A stretch of 63,209 nucleotides of DNA, taken from Pseudomonadota bacterium. GTDB taxonomy: Bacteria > Myxococcota_A > Polyangia > Polyangiales > JAFGIB01. The stretch lies in contig JADGRE010000005.1 of the NCBI GenBank assembly GCA_017881185.1, positions 1 through 63,209 on the forward strand, in the 5' to 3' direction. A program made the translations under genes and the position numbers. The notes under the pieces were generated by a model. That model searched no databases and was not told the origin of the DNA. It was given only the letters and a program-made list of their open reading frames with translations. Of this stretch, positions 37,301-49,461 are shown piece by piece; within the stretch, counting starts at the first letter, position 1, and each line of letters starts with the position of its first letter.

Positions 37301-40300
37301 TGCGCTGTACAACCAGCAGCTCAAGCAGCCGTCGGACGCGGTCGACTCCTACAACAAGGCGTTGGAAGTGAACATGCGCAACTTCGGCGCGCTCGACGCG
37401 CTCGAAGCCATCCACTCTGGGCAAGACCAGTGGGAGGAGTGCATCGAGGCCAAGCAGCGCCGCGTGCAGGCGCTGGATGACGCGCGCGAGAAGATCGCGG
37501 TGCTGCTCGACGTCGCGCGCATGTGGGACGAGAAGCTGAGCGAGCCTGACAAGGCAGTCGATCCGTTCAATCAGATTCTCGAGGTCGATCCGCTGCACAA
37601 CCTGGCGTTCGAACGCCTGGAAGCGCTTCACCGCGAGCACGCGCGCTTCGACGACTTGATCTCGTTGTACTTGTCGCGCGTGGAAGCGGCGTCCGAGCCG
37701 GCGATGCGTATCCAGCTGCTGCGCAGCGTGGCGCGCGTGTACGAGAAGGATCTGGACGACAAGGCGCAGGCGTTCGACGCCTTGCTCATCGCCTGGACGC
37801 AGGACTTCACCGACGAAGACAGCGCACGCGAAGTGGAGCGGCTGGCGGGGCTCACGCAGCGCTGGAACGAGCTGCTCACCACCGCCAATCAGTCGCTCAC
37901 CGAGGTGGGCGACAGTGACTTGCAGGTCAAGAACGCGATCTGTCTCAAGTGCGCGCGTTGGTACGGCAAGGAAGGCCACCCGGAGTACGCCATCCCGTAC
38001 CTGCAGCAGGTGCTGGCGAACGATCCCGTCAATCGCCCGGCGATGCGTCAGATGGCCGAGCTGTATCGGCAGACGCAGCAGTGGCAGATTTACTCGCAGG
38101 TGCTCGGCAAGCTCGTCGAGATGACGGAAGACCCGGCAGAGAAGGCCGAGGCGTACGTCAACATGGGTGAGCTGCAAGAGAACTTCAACCTGCCAGAGCA
38201 AGCGATCAAGCACTACCGCGAGGCACTCGAAGCGGTGCCGTCGCAGCTGGCTGCGATCAAGGCGCTCGACCGCATGTTCCGTGCGCGCGAGCAGTGGTTC
38301 GACCTGGTCGACATCCTGCGTCGCAAGGTGGACGCGGTCACCGACCCGGAGCAGGTGTTGGCGGCCAAGCTGGAGCTCGCCGAAGCCTACGAAGATCGCG
38401 TCGCCGACAAGAGCAAGGCCATCGAGCACTACCGTCGCGTGCTCGAAGACGACGTGCGCAATCTGCAAGCCCTCAAGGGCCTGGAGCGGCTCTACGCGCA
38501 GCAAGAGCTGTGGCAGGACCTGCTCGACGTGCTCGAGAAGCAGCTCGACATCGTGGTCAACGACCGCGATCAGGTGCAGCTGCTCATGCGCATCGCTGGC
38601 ATGTGGGAGGAAGAGTTCCTCAAGCCGGAGAAGGCTGCCGAGCGTTTGGAGCGCGCGGTCGACATCGACCCCACGCAAACCGAAGCGCTCACCAGCCTGG
38701 CGCGCATCTATCGTCAGCAGCGCAAGTGGGCCGAGCTGGTGACCGCCCTCGAGCGTCACATCGATGCGACGCCCGACAAGAGCGACAAGGCGGCGCTCTA
38801 CCAGCAGATCGGTGCGGTCTACCGCGACGAGCTGAACGACACCGACCGCGCGGTCGAGAATTTCCTGAACGTGACCTCGCTCGACCCCAAGAGCGCGGCG
38901 GCGCTGCGGGCGTTGTCGCAGCTCTACGAGAAGCGCGAAGAGCACAGTAGTGCGCTCGACGCCATGGAGAAGCTGGCCGAGGTCAGCGACGACGCCGCGG
39001 AGCGCGTGGCGTTGTACTTCCGCATGGGCAAGCTCCTCGACAAGGAGCTCGGGGATCGCGTCAGCGCGCTGGATCACTTTCAGAAGGCCATCGAGATCGA
39101 CGACAAGCATCTGCCGTCGCTCGACGCCACGCGCACGATCCACGTCGAGGAGAGCGACTTCAGCTCGGCCGCTCGAACGCTCGTGCGCATGTGCGAGGTC
39201 GAGGAAAACCCGCGGAGAAGTGCCGAGCTCCGGGTGGAGCTCGGTCGCATCTACGAGGACAAGCTCGAGGAGCACGAGCTTGCGATCGAGAGCTTCCAGG
39301 AAGCCTACAAGCTCGATCCCGACAATGCGGCAGCAGCGCTACCGCTGGTGGCGGAGTACACCGGGTCGGCGCGCTGGAAGGAAGCCGAGCCGCTGTTGCA
39401 GATGCTCGTGCGCACCTCGGGCAATCGCGAGGTCGAAGAGCAACACCGGCTGTGGTTCCTCTACGGTCAGTGTGCTGAGCAACTGGGCGACGACGAGACG
39501 GCGGTTAAGGCCTACGGCAAGGCCTTCGAGCTCGACGCGCACGACCTGCGCGCTTTGAACGGGCTTGCAGCTGCGCACTACCGCCGCAAGGAGTGGGACA
39601 ACGCGTTCAAGTTCTACCAGATGGTGCTCGTGCACCATCGCGACGAGCTCGGCTCGTCGGAGACGACCGAGACCTTCTATCGCTTGGGTGTCATCAAGCG
39701 CGAGCAGGGCGAGCGCAAGAAGGCGCTCAACATGTTCGACAAGGCGCTCGAGGAAGACGCGATCCACCGGCCCACGTTGGAAGCCTTGGTCTCGCTCTAC
39801 GCCGAGGACAAGGACTTCGAGCAGGTCATTCATTACAAGAAGCGCGTGCTCGACTGCTCGGACGATGCCGCCGAGCGCTTCCAGCTGATCGAAGAGATCG
39901 GTGATCTCTGGAACGACCAGCTCAAGAATCCGGCGAAGGCGATCGAGTCGTACGTGGAAGCTGCGGAGCTGCAGCCAAAGAACCACAAGATCCTGCACAA
40001 GTTGCTCGTGCTGTATCAGTCGACGGGTCAGTGGGAGCCGGCGATCGCCATCATCGAGCGCGTCTCGGAGCTCGATCCGCGCAACGAAGCCAAGTCGAAG
40101 TACGCGTACACCGTCGGTGTGATTCTGCGCGACGAGCTCAAAGACGCCGAGCGTGCGCTCGAGCGCTTCAACATGGCACTCGACCTCGATCCCGAGGGCA
40201 TGCTGAAGTCGTTCGAAGCCATCAACAAGCTGCTCACCCAGCAGAAAGACTGGAAGCAGCTGGAACGCGCGTTCCGCAAGATGTTGCACCGCGTGTCCGG

Positions 40301-41501
40301 CAAGGGCGACACGGCGCTGGAGTTCAACCTCTGGCACAACTTGGGCGTCATCTACCGCGACCGTCAGAAGAACGTGGAAGCGTCGGCCGAGGCGTTTGCC
40401 ATGGCCTCGCGCTTGCAGCCCGACAACATGCAGGAGCACCAGATCCTGGCCGAGGTGTACGGGGTGCTGCCCAACCGCATCAACGATGCGGTGGCGGAGC
40501 AGCAGGTCTTGCTGAAGAACGACCCGTTCCGCGTGGACTCGTACCGTGCGCTCTACAAGCTCTACTTCGACGCGCGGCAGTACGACAAAGCTTGGTGTGT
40601 GGCTGCGACGCTGGCGTTCTTGAAGAAGGCCGACGCGGAGCAACGACAGTTCCACGAGCAGTATCGTCCGGAAGGACCGATTCGCCCGCGTTCGCGCTTG
40701 AACAACGAGCGCTGGGTGAAAGACCTTCTGCACCCCGACGAGGACTTCCTCGCGGGCAAGGTGTTCGAGGCCATCACGCCTGCCGTGCTGCGCATCCGCG
40801 CGCAGCCCGACAAGAAGTGGCAGCTGAACAAGAAGGATCTGATCCCCGACGTGATGAACACGACGGTGTCGTTCGCGCGCACCTTCGGCTTCGTCACGCA
40901 GGTGCTGAGCTTGCCTCTGGTGCCGCGCTTGTTCGTGTGCCCCGATCGCCAGGGTGGCTTGGCCTTCGCGACCACGCTGCCGCCTGCTTCGGTGTGCGGT
41001 AGCGCGTTGCTCAGCGGTCAGAATCCGCTCGACGTGATCTTCATCGTCGCCAAGCACCTGAGCTACTACCGCGGCGAGCACTTCATCCGGACCATGTTCC
41101 AGACGAAGGACGAGCTGAAGTTGGTGCTGGTCGCTGCGATGCACGTCGCGGGCGTGGAGATCAGCGACCCGAACGTGGTGGAGTGGGCGCGTCAGATTCG
41201 CGCGCAGATGCAACCGGCAGATGTGGAGCTGCTCAACAGCATCACCAAGCGCTTCGTCGATGCGGGTGCCCGCACCGACGTGAAGAAATGGATGCAATCG
41301 GTGGAGCTCACGGCGTGCCGTGCGGGCTTCCTCCTGTGCAACGATCTCGACATCGCTGCACGCATGGTGCAAGCCGAGCCACCGATGGGTGCGGTCGACC
41401 TGACACCCAAAGAGAAGGTGCAGGAGCTGGTGCTGTTCAGCGTGTCGGAGCCGTACTTCCGGTTGCGCGAGGCGCTCGGTATCCAGATCCAAGTTGGCTA
41501 G
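31362..41501 (+). CDS. gltI: giant cytoplasmic TPR protein (3379 aa), GltI/AgmK-like
   Basis: AGGAGG RBS; dozens of 'AIE.Y..VL..DP....AL.AL..LY....W..L..VL' repeats; no signal peptide; C-terminal 'ELTACRAGFLLCNDL...ELVLFSVSEPYFRLREALG' domain; downstream of gltG. Confidence 0.8.
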   Translation: MSDNDVSVSSQAEEEVQEAGAEQASASGEASPAPRELTDADRAKLAELSEAVEKFTAAKRWSDVIKAILQKADIVVDVAEKAALLSEAGRMYIERSSNQAEAIKCFQRVLDADRGNVEAIGHLKEMYEKRRDWERLVDVMRAECELLDASDQPMRRLEIAQMANEKLRKPNVCIDLWREVLAVDGDNAEALTALSGLYERAREWAPLAEVLDRQSQLAKDNAEVIALLQKLGNVYAEKLQDDNGALQAYRHLLELDPNDRRAQEQLKKRWVATGAWDELEEFYASTDKIDELIRTLERAADATTSELAERISLLFRIARIWQDKKGAADRAARSYEKVLALDANNQEAAEALSPIYEQAGDAKKLASVYEVRLKHLQEPEPRVVLLRETGLLYEEKLRNPQLAFDRFLEAFVLDPKQSVLREDLDRLAGKVNGWEKIFAAYGTAIEAATHPDDANDLRLFYGNALAGQGKTKEAIAQFRAVYEDRGDDQTAIAALEKLYRETSDFQALLGVLSRRSELESDVEVRKQLAYAIAQLWHEHLDNADQAIEAYKNIPVEFGEGETEAYRALDALYEQQERWDDLAQTLEHRIDMGPAGHEELAALKFRLAGVLHQHLKGKARAVELYREVLTLMPEHEGALAALESLLSDEELGGQAAAIAIELYESHANFAKLVPALEVLLKFTTEQERRIDLITKIGEVRADQLHDGAGAFAAYAIAFEEAPENPGIVARLLGLAKEQKRLGDMVRLLEARAQKLDDVALMRQLLIMAAELHDNELGDVDAAVAAYMKALERDEADEEILAALEALYRRTERWRDLLDVLRRRVTISSDPAAQEQLLAQMAFIHDEMLTEPEAAIRIYAEILTLDPTSQAALSALDGLYERKGMWSDLADNVGRQLSLAEDDQQQIALMLKLGLLRETRMNAPEAAIEIYREVLERDPANAPAIEALERLLALPEYQLQIAEILEPLYRDANQYQKLVGIHDIQVKNSSSADQRVELLHRMAELHEVALADLGSAFKTFARALGEDPGNLATRDQLDRIAASAGSFQALAEVYEGLVQGTTDPATLVSLHTKAAQIREEHVADTTAAIEHYKRVLEIDETNLDAATALERLYQVAERYEELAQIFLTKAALLSDPEEQKGYLFRAGAIYEEVLEQPQAAIEVYGRVLQIDAEDVGALDKLIRLHLQLKQWEKLLAVYGQKADVVADADEKKGLYIQIGAVYERELGQPEKAIETYQRVLELDPDDVQALSRLDALYQTAGKADELLSVLEREAELASDPAQAIDHRYRIGELYEQKLNDAFRAVEVYREILDVIPDHAPTLVALERMIDAGREPMAAAAVLEPIYRAAVDSARLARVLEVLITHEEDPIRKVELLHQVAEIYEVHLEQPRQAFDAFARAFPIDCQNESTIAALDRLAERLACWNDLAALYDREIARLREETPDAAIALALRLAQVFEVQLGDVHSAVARYRIVFDTDPAHVQAIEALDRLYEGTEQWAQLAEILERKVEVASSPDEILGIHYRLGQLQQNRLGSVARAVERYREILAAAPEHEEALRALEGLFAQGILTGPIGEILEPLYRMQEAWDRLIGVHEAELRLQADVQERVLAMHRIAEIAEERAGDQISAFTWMQRALMEDPGNEQSSSEVERLAQLVDGWAILASTYAGIAASTGSRVSTGIRVATGKRLARVYEDELGDLARAEESYRYIVALDGRDEDVLVALDRIYTDNGAGEALAEVLKKRVAATSDDREKVELSHRLGNVLWNECRRTDEAIAVYRHLLDKLDAQHEDTLHALQNVYTCIQSWPQLFEMYEKELDVVVGDSAQAEILGRMAMLAATRLGNYERAVELLRKVLDLLGEDPEALNTLGNIYALQENWTDLVDVLEREVAVSDDDQMRMKIYGDLGRIWYEKLHRDRNALESWERVLDLDSSNTEALFAIASIHRAAASYNDLVDTLHRVIDVGTATLADTEVENVYMELGALYNQQLKQPSDAVDSYNKALEVNMRNFGALDALEAIHSGQDQWEECIEAKQRRVQALDDAREKIAVLLDVARMWDEKLSEPDKAVDPFNQILEVDPLHNLAFERLEALHREHARFDDLISLYLSRVEAASEPAMRIQLLRSVARVYEKDLDDKAQAFDALLIAWTQDFTDEDSAREVERLAGLTQRWNELLTTANQSLTEVGDSDLQVKNAICLKCARWYGKEGHPEYAIPYLQQVLANDPVNRPAMRQMAELYRQTQQWQIYSQVLGKLVEMTEDPAEKAEAYVNMGELQENFNLPEQAIKHYREALEAVPSQLAAIKALDRMFRAREQWFDLVDILRRKVDAVTDPEQVLAAKLELAEAYEDRVADKSKAIEHYRRVLEDDVRNLQALKGLERLYAQQELWQDLLDVLEKQLDIVVNDRDQVQLLMRIAGMWEEEFLKPEKAAERLERAVDIDPTQTEALTSLARIYRQQRKWAELVTALERHIDATPDKSDKAALYQQIGAVYRDELNDTDRAVENFLNVTSLDPKSAAALRALSQLYEKREEHSSALDAMEKLAEVSDDAAERVALYFRMGKLLDKELGDRVSALDHFQKAIEIDDKHLPSLDATRTIHVEESDFSSAARTLVRMCEVEENPRRSAELRVELGRIYEDKLEEHELAIESFQEAYKLDPDNAAAALPLVAEYTGSARWKEAEPLLQMLVRTSGNREVEEQHRLWFLYGQCAEQLGDDETAVKAYGKAFELDAHDLRALNGLAAAHYRRKEWDNAFKFYQMVLVHHRDELGSSETTETFYRLGVIKREQGERKKALNMFDKALEEDAIHRPTLEALVSLYAEDKDFEQVIHYKKRVLDCSDDAAERFQLIEEIGDLWNDQLKNPAKAIESYVEAAELQPKNHKILHKLLVLYQSTGQWEPAIAIIERVSELDPRNEAKSKYAYTVGVILRDELKDAERALERFNMALDLDPEGMLKSFEAINKLLTQQKDWKQLERAFRKMLHRVSGKGDTALEFNLWHNLGVIYRDRQKNVEASAEAFAMASRLQPDNMQEHQILAEVYGVLPNRINDAVAEQQVLLKNDPFRVDSYRALYKLYFDARQYDKAWCVAATLAFLKKADAEQRQFHEQYRPEGPIRPRSRLNNERWVKDLLHPDEDFLAGKVFEAITPAVLRIRAQPDKKWQLNKKDLIPDVMNTTVSFARTFGFVTQVLSLPLVPRLFVCPDRQGGLAFATTLPPASVCGSALLSGQNPLDVIFIVAKHLSYYRGEHFIRTMFQTKDELKLVLVAAMHVAGVEISDPNVVEWARQIRAQMQPADVELLNSITKRFVDAGARTDVKKWMQSVELTACRAGFLLCNDLDIAARMVQAEPPMGAVDLTPKEKVQELVLFSVSEPYFRLREALGIQIQVG

Positions 41502-42289
41502 CGTGACAGGCGTGCGACGAGCGACGCGAGCCAGCGCCCACGCAGCAGCGTGACAGCGAGGGCCGTGAGCTGCCCATAGAGCAGCACGGCCGTGCTGTCA
41601 TCGTGGCCGTGCGCGTGGAGCAGTGCGCGCGGCAGCAGCAGGCCCGCGAGGCCGAGCGCGGCGCCAGCCGCGGACCACAGGGTGCTCTGCACGACGATGC
41701 GAAGCGAAGTGGCGTGCGCAGCGGCGCGCAGTGCGCTGCGCCAGTCGACGCGGAGCACGAGCTGGGTGCTGGCGACATCGTGTAGCGCGCAGGCATGCAG
41801 CCATGCACAGCCCAATGGCAGGCATGCAGCGAGCGCGGCAAGGTCGCGCAGGCGCTCGTCGTGAGTGAATGCGAGCGCGGTTTCGACGCCGATGCCGGTC
41901 GCGCAGATGGCCGCGATGCACGTGGCCGCGTACGCGATACAGAGCAGCGAGACCCGCAGCGCGCCGAGATAGTGCGTGGCCGCCACCGCGACGTGCTTGC
42001 GCAGCGGTGCACGCTGCACCATGGACGACAAGCAGGTCAGGCGCAGCAACGGCGCGAGTGCGAGCATCGCCACGCCAGCCACGAGGCCGCTGTCGCGCGC
42101 AGCGGAGGGCTGCAACACGGGCAGCATCACGAGCCAAGTGAGCAGGTCGACGCTCGGCGCGATCGAGGGCGCAGCGTGATGCGCGTGCGAGAGTTGGTAC
42201 GCCGGCACGAGCGCCAGCGTGAGTTTGGTCAGGTAGGTCAGCAGCAGCGCAGGCCCGGCCTGCGTGAAGCGAGCGTGTGCCGAGCTCAT
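41498..42289 (-). CDS. hypothetical polytopic membrane protein
   Basis: Five or six hydrophobic segments; ATGA overlap with the upstream peptidase. Confidence 0.6.
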   Translation of the reverse strand: MSSAHARFTQAGPALLLTYLTKLTLALVPAYQLSHAHHAAPSIAPSVDLLTWLVMLPVLQPSAARDSGLVAGVAMLALAPLLRLTCLSSMVQRAPLRKHVAVAATHYLGALRVSLLCIAYAATCIAAICATGIGVETALAFTHDERLRDLAALAACLPLGCAWLHACALHDVASTQLVLRVDWRSALRAAAHATSLRIVVQSTLWSAAGAALGLAGLLLPRALLHAHGHDDSTAVLLYGQLTALAVTLLRGRWLASLVARLSR

Positions 42290-43893
42290 GGGCCGAGGCC
42301 TTGCAATAAGGTTTGCGCGAGCAACAGCGCTTCGGCGAAGAACGAGCGTTCGGTGGGCGCATGCGCGGCGGCGGCGCGGGTGGGTTCGAGCGTGGCTGTA
42401 GGCGTGCCGCTCAGCGCCGGACGCAACTGCTGTTCGCTGTAACCTGGGCCGTAGACATCGTCGAATGATGCGAACAGGTCGACGGGGGTGGGGTGGCGGA
42501 AGCGTTGCGCGTGGGCGTAGTTGGAGAGCGCACGCTGCACGCGTTCTTCGCCGTGGATCGTCGCCAGTGCGTCGAGCACCAGCGCCGGACGCAAGTACAC
42601 CGCGCGCGCCAGCGTCTCGAAGCGGTACGCGTCCACCGCCAAGAGCGAAGACGGCACCGGGTCTGCGCGTCGCAAGTACACGGCACGCGTCACGTCGAAC
42701 GGATCAATCGGAAGCGCGCGGCCCGCAAACAGGCTCGGCGGAGAGCCGTAGAGCTCGCGCAGCTGCAGCAACGTGGCCCACTGCGCGAGGCCTTCGTCCA
42801 GCATCGGGTACGCGACCTCGTTGCTGGCGATCATGCCGCAGAACCATTGGTGTGCGAGCTCGTGTGCCGTGACGAAGTCTTGTGCCGGGTCGGGTAGCGC
42901 TGCGGGTAACGCCCACCACGGCCCGCCCGACACGAACAGCGTCGGATACTCCATGCCCGCGGCAGCGTCTGCGTCGCGTGGCGGGATGATGACGGTCAGC
43001 GTGGCGTACGGGTAGCGCCCGAAGCGTGCGCCAAGGCTCAACAACCCTGCGCGAACCACGCGCAGCTGGCGTTGGGCTGCGGCAGCGTAGCCGCGTGGTG
43101 CGAGCACGCGAACCTGTACGCCTTGCACGCGTTGCTCGACGCGTTCGAAGTACGGGTAAGCGGCGAACGCAAAGTCGTGTACGGCGGAGGCAGAGAGCTC
43201 GTCGGTGCGCAGCGTGCCGTGTACCTCCGTGTTCGTGAGCGCACCGCTGCTGCCGACCACGAAGCGCGCAGGCAAGGTGATGCGCACGCGGTAGTCGGCG
43301 AAGTCGGCGTAGAACTCGCCCAGGCCGTGGTACGGGAAGCTGGTCCAGCCGCTGGTTTCGTCGAGGCGCGCCAGCTTGGGGAACCACTGTGCGACCATGT
43401 GGAATTCGCCCGCGTAGCCGCTGCGCGCCAAGAGCGCCGGCAGCTGCGCGCGAAACGCGACTTGCACCACCAAGGTCGCACGCGGCGACAGTGGCGCGGG
43501 CAGCGGCACGCGCAGTTGCGTGCGGTCGCCAGGCACGAGCTCGGCCTGTGCGCTAGGGAGCAGGTCTGCACCTGCCTGCGTGTGCAGCGCGGTGATCTCG
43601 ATGTGGCCCGGCTGCTGCAGGCGGGCGTCGCGCAGCTGGGTGCCGCCCTCACGCATGAATACGCTGTGGTGGTCGCGAAATGCGTTCAGGTACAGATGGA
43701 AGTACAGCTCGCGCAACGGCCGCTGGCTGTGGTTCACGAAGCTGATCCGCTCGCTGCCGACCAGCGTGTGCGACGCAGGGTCCAGCGTGACGTCGATCTC
43801 GTAGCGTTGGTCGGTGCGGGGCAGGGCGCGATCGTCGGCGTGCGCAGTGAGCGCGAGCAGCCAGAACACGAGCGCGAGCCGGGTCTGCGACAT
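42286..43893 (-). CDS. secreted M1-family zinc aminopeptidase
   Basis: Signal peptide; 'AAGMEYP'; HELAH-X18-E ('LDEGL'). Confidence 0.9.
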   Translation of the reverse strand: MSQTRLALVFWLLALTAHADDRALPRTDQRYEIDVTLDPASHTLVGSERISFVNHSQRPLRELYFHLYLNAFRDHHSVFMREGGTQLRDARLQQPGHIEITALHTQAGADLLPSAQAELVPGDRTQLRVPLPAPLSPRATLVVQVAFRAQLPALLARSGYAGEFHMVAQWFPKLARLDETSGWTSFPYHGLGEFYADFADYRVRITLPARFVVGSSGALTNTEVHGTLRTDELSASAVHDFAFAAYPYFERVEQRVQGVQVRVLAPRGYAAAAQRQLRVVRAGLLSLGARFGRYPYATLTVIIPPRDADAAAGMEYPTLFVSGGPWWALPAALPDPAQDFVTAHELAHQWFCGMIASNEVAYPMLDEGLAQWATLLQLRELYGSPPSLFAGRALPIDPFDVTRAVYLRRADPVPSSLLAVDAYRFETLARAVYLRPALVLDALATIHGEERVQRALSNYAHAQRFRHPTPVDLFASFDDVYGPGYSEQQLRPALSGTPTATLEPTRAAAAHAPTERSFFAEALLLAQTLLQGLGP

Positions 43894-43972
43894 GGTCGGG
43901 CGCTAGCCTACCCAACCCGGTCGCTCCGGCACACGCCTTGTGCTGTGCCCCGTGCTATCAGTTGCGAAAGCG

Positions 43973-44497
43973 ATGTCGGTGCTGCGCCATCAGCAGGTAG
44001 GAGACGGCGTGCAGATCTGCCTGCGCACGCGCAGCGACACGCGCGCGTTCGGGAAGCTTCTGGCCAGCTGTCTGTGGCCCGGCGACCTCGTGGTGCTCGA
44101 AGGTGATCTCGGCGCGGGCAAGACCTTTCTCGTGCGCGTCATCGCCCGAGCGCTGGGGGTGCCGGCGAGCACGCCCGTGACCAGCCCGACCTTCGAGCTC
44201 GTGCATGAGCTGCAGGGCCGCGTGCCCATCGTGCACGCCGACCTTTATCGTTTGGGCGACGGCGACGCGCTCGACGAGCTGGGCCTCGCCGAGCGCATCG
44301 GCGGCGATGCGGTGGTACTGGTGGAGTGGGGCGCACGCTTCGCGGCGCAGCTCGGCCAACAGGGGCTGTGGCTCGCGCTCGCGCTGCAGGACGCGACCAG
44401 CCGTGTCTGCACGCTCGTGCCCCACGGGCCCGCCGGTCGTGCGCTCGTGGGTCGGGTCCAGGCGCAGCTTTCGGCGCAAACTCGCGTGCCCAGTTGA
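43973..44497 (+). CDS. tsaE: tRNA threonylcarbamoyladenosine biosynthesis ATPase TsaE
   Basis: '[10 protein letters not shown]', 'VTSPTF', 'HADLYRL', 'VEWG'. Confidence 0.95.
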   Translation: MSVLRHQQVGDGVQICLRTRSDTRAFGKLLASCLWPGDLVVLEGDLGAGKTFLVRVIARALGVPASTPVTSPTFELVHELQGRVPIVHADLYRLGDGDALDELGLAERIGGDAVVLVEWGARFAAQLGQQGLWLALALQDATSRVCTLVPHGPAGRALVGRVQAQLSAQTRVPS

Positions 44498-44576
44498 GGT
44501 CAGCGGCGCTGCCGGCGCCTCGCTTCGCCCTTCGGCTTGCTCCTTTCGGCGGGCTCTGGTAGCACCACGCCGCCCC

Positions 44577-47942
<3,366 letters not shown>

Positions 47943-47980
47943 GTGCCTCCGTTTAGCCACGAACCACGGGAGAGCCGTCG

Positions 47981-48454
47981 ATGGACCGTTATCCGATGAC
48001 GCCCGAAGGGCACGAAGCGTTGAGCCAAGAGCTCAAGCAGCTGACCAGCGTCGAACGACCACGCATCTCGAAGGAGATCGGCGTGGCACGCGATCACGGC
48101 GACCTGAAAGAGAACGCCGAGTACCACGCGGCGAAAGAGCGTCAGGGCCACATCGAAGCGCGCATCGCCCACCTCGAGGGCATGCTCTCGCGCGCCGAGG
48201 TCATCCACCCCAGTCAGCTCTCGGGGAGCAAGGTGAAGTTCGGCGCCTACGTCACGCTGGAAGATATCCAGAGCGGCGAGATGAAGCGCTATCGCATCGT
48301 CGGCGCCGAGGAAGCCGATGTCTCGAACGGGAAGATATCTGTCACCTCGCCTGTATCGCGCGCCCTGATCAACCATGAGGTCGGCGACGAAGTGAAAGTC
48401 ACGGCGCCCGGCGGCACGCGGGTGTACGAGATCGCAGAAATCACCTGGGAATGA
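47981..48454 (+). CDS. greA: transcription elongation factor GreA
   Basis: 'ARDHGDLKENAEYHAAKE', 'ISVTSPVSRALI'. Confidence 0.97.
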   Translation: MDRYPMTPEGHEALSQELKQLTSVERPRISKEIGVARDHGDLKENAEYHAAKERQGHIEARIAHLEGMLSRAEVIHPSQLSGSKVKFGAYVTLEDIQSGEMKRYRIVGAEEADVSNGKISVTSPVSRALINHEVGDEVKVTAPGGTRVYEIAEITWE

Positions 48455-49431
48455 GCTGGGGGGCACGCATGAGCTTCACCACCACTCGCCTGCCCATGGC
48501 CGATGGGTTGCAGCTTACGGTCTACGTGTGGAGCGCTGCCGCACCGCCCAAGGCTGTCATTCAGCTCGTCCATGGCATGTCCGAGCATGCCCGGCGCTAC
48601 GACCACGTGGCGCAGGCACTGGTGGAAGCCGGCTACACTGTGTTCGCTGACGATCACCGCGGTCATGGCCAGACGGCGCAGGCCCCCGAAGAGCTTGGCT
48701 TCTTCGCCGAACAAGCTGGCTGGGCCAAGGTCGTCGACGATCTGTACCGCGTCAATCGGCACATCGCGCAGACGCATCCGGGCGTGCCGATCGTGCTTTT
48801 CGGCCACAGCATGGGCTCGTTCCTGGCGCAGGAGTACCTGTTCACCCACGGCGACACGATCGCAGCTGCGGTGCTCTCGGGCAGCAACAGCGGGGGCGGC
48901 AAGCTGGCGGCGCTGGGGCTGAACGTCGCGCGCTTCGAGCGCTGGCGCATCGGCGCACACGGGCGCAGCAAGCTGCTCGACACCATGTCGACCGGCGACT
49001 TCAACCGGCGTTTCAAGCCGACGCGCACGCGCTCCGACTGGCTCTCGCGCGACCCGGCGGAGGTCGACAAGTATCTCGCCGACCCGCTGTGCGGCTTCAT
49101 GTTCACGACGCAGGCCTGGATCGACTTCCTTGGGGGCCTCGTTCGTATCGACGACCCACACAACCAGGCGCGCGTGCCCAAGCAGTTGCCGATCTACGTG
49201 TTCAGCGGTGCACAAGACCCGGTCGGTGGCGCGGGCAAGGGCGTGGTGACGCTGGTCAAGGCGTACCAGCGCGCGGGCTTGTCGCGCGTGTCGTACAAGC
49301 TGTATCCGGGCGGCCGGCACGAGATGGTGAACGAGACCAACAAGGCCGAGGTCCTCGCCGATCTGCTGAGTTGGCTCTCGAGCAACGTCACCAGCATGGG
49401 TGGCGCGGCCGACACGGCTCGCGCGAGCTGA
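48451..49431 (+). CDS. alpha/beta hydrolase (lysophospholipase/monoglyceride lipase-like)
   Basis: 'VHGMSEH', 'DHRGHG', nucleophile GHSMG, 'GRHEM'. Start at 48451 or 48469. Confidence 0.92.
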   Translation: MSWGARMSFTTTRLPMADGLQLTVYVWSAAAPPKAVIQLVHGMSEHARRYDHVAQALVEAGYTVFADDHRGHGQTAQAPEELGFFAEQAGWAKVVDDLYRVNRHIAQTHPGVPIVLFGHSMGSFLAQEYLFTHGDTIAAAVLSGSNSGGGKLAALGLNVARFERWRIGAHGRSKLLDTMSTGDFNRRFKPTRTRSDWLSRDPAEVDKYLADPLCGFMFTTQAWIDFLGGLVRIDDPHNQARVPKQLPIYVFSGAQDPVGGAGKGVVTLVKAYQRAGLSRVSYKLYPGGRHEMVNETNKAEVLADLLSWLSSNVTSMGGAADTARAS

Positions 49432-49461
49432 GGGCGTAACGCGTAGTCGCGCGAGTCACGC

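Noticed and set aside
35712-39275. Very long antisense ORFs (1187 aa here; also 27971-30205, 33384-35513, 45315-47681, 49981-51918)
   Set aside because: They are shadow frames of strongly GC3-biased genes on the opposite strand, with no motifs or RBS.
31362-41501. Repetitive DNA in the giant gene as a CRISPR-like or tandem array
   Set aside because: The repeats are degenerate at the nucleotide level and reflect TPR protein repeats; there is no repeat-spacer structure.
44205-44576. Apparent 124-aa N-terminal extension of CarB
   Set aside because: It overlaps tsaE; the canonical CarB start (MPRRDDI) is at 44577.
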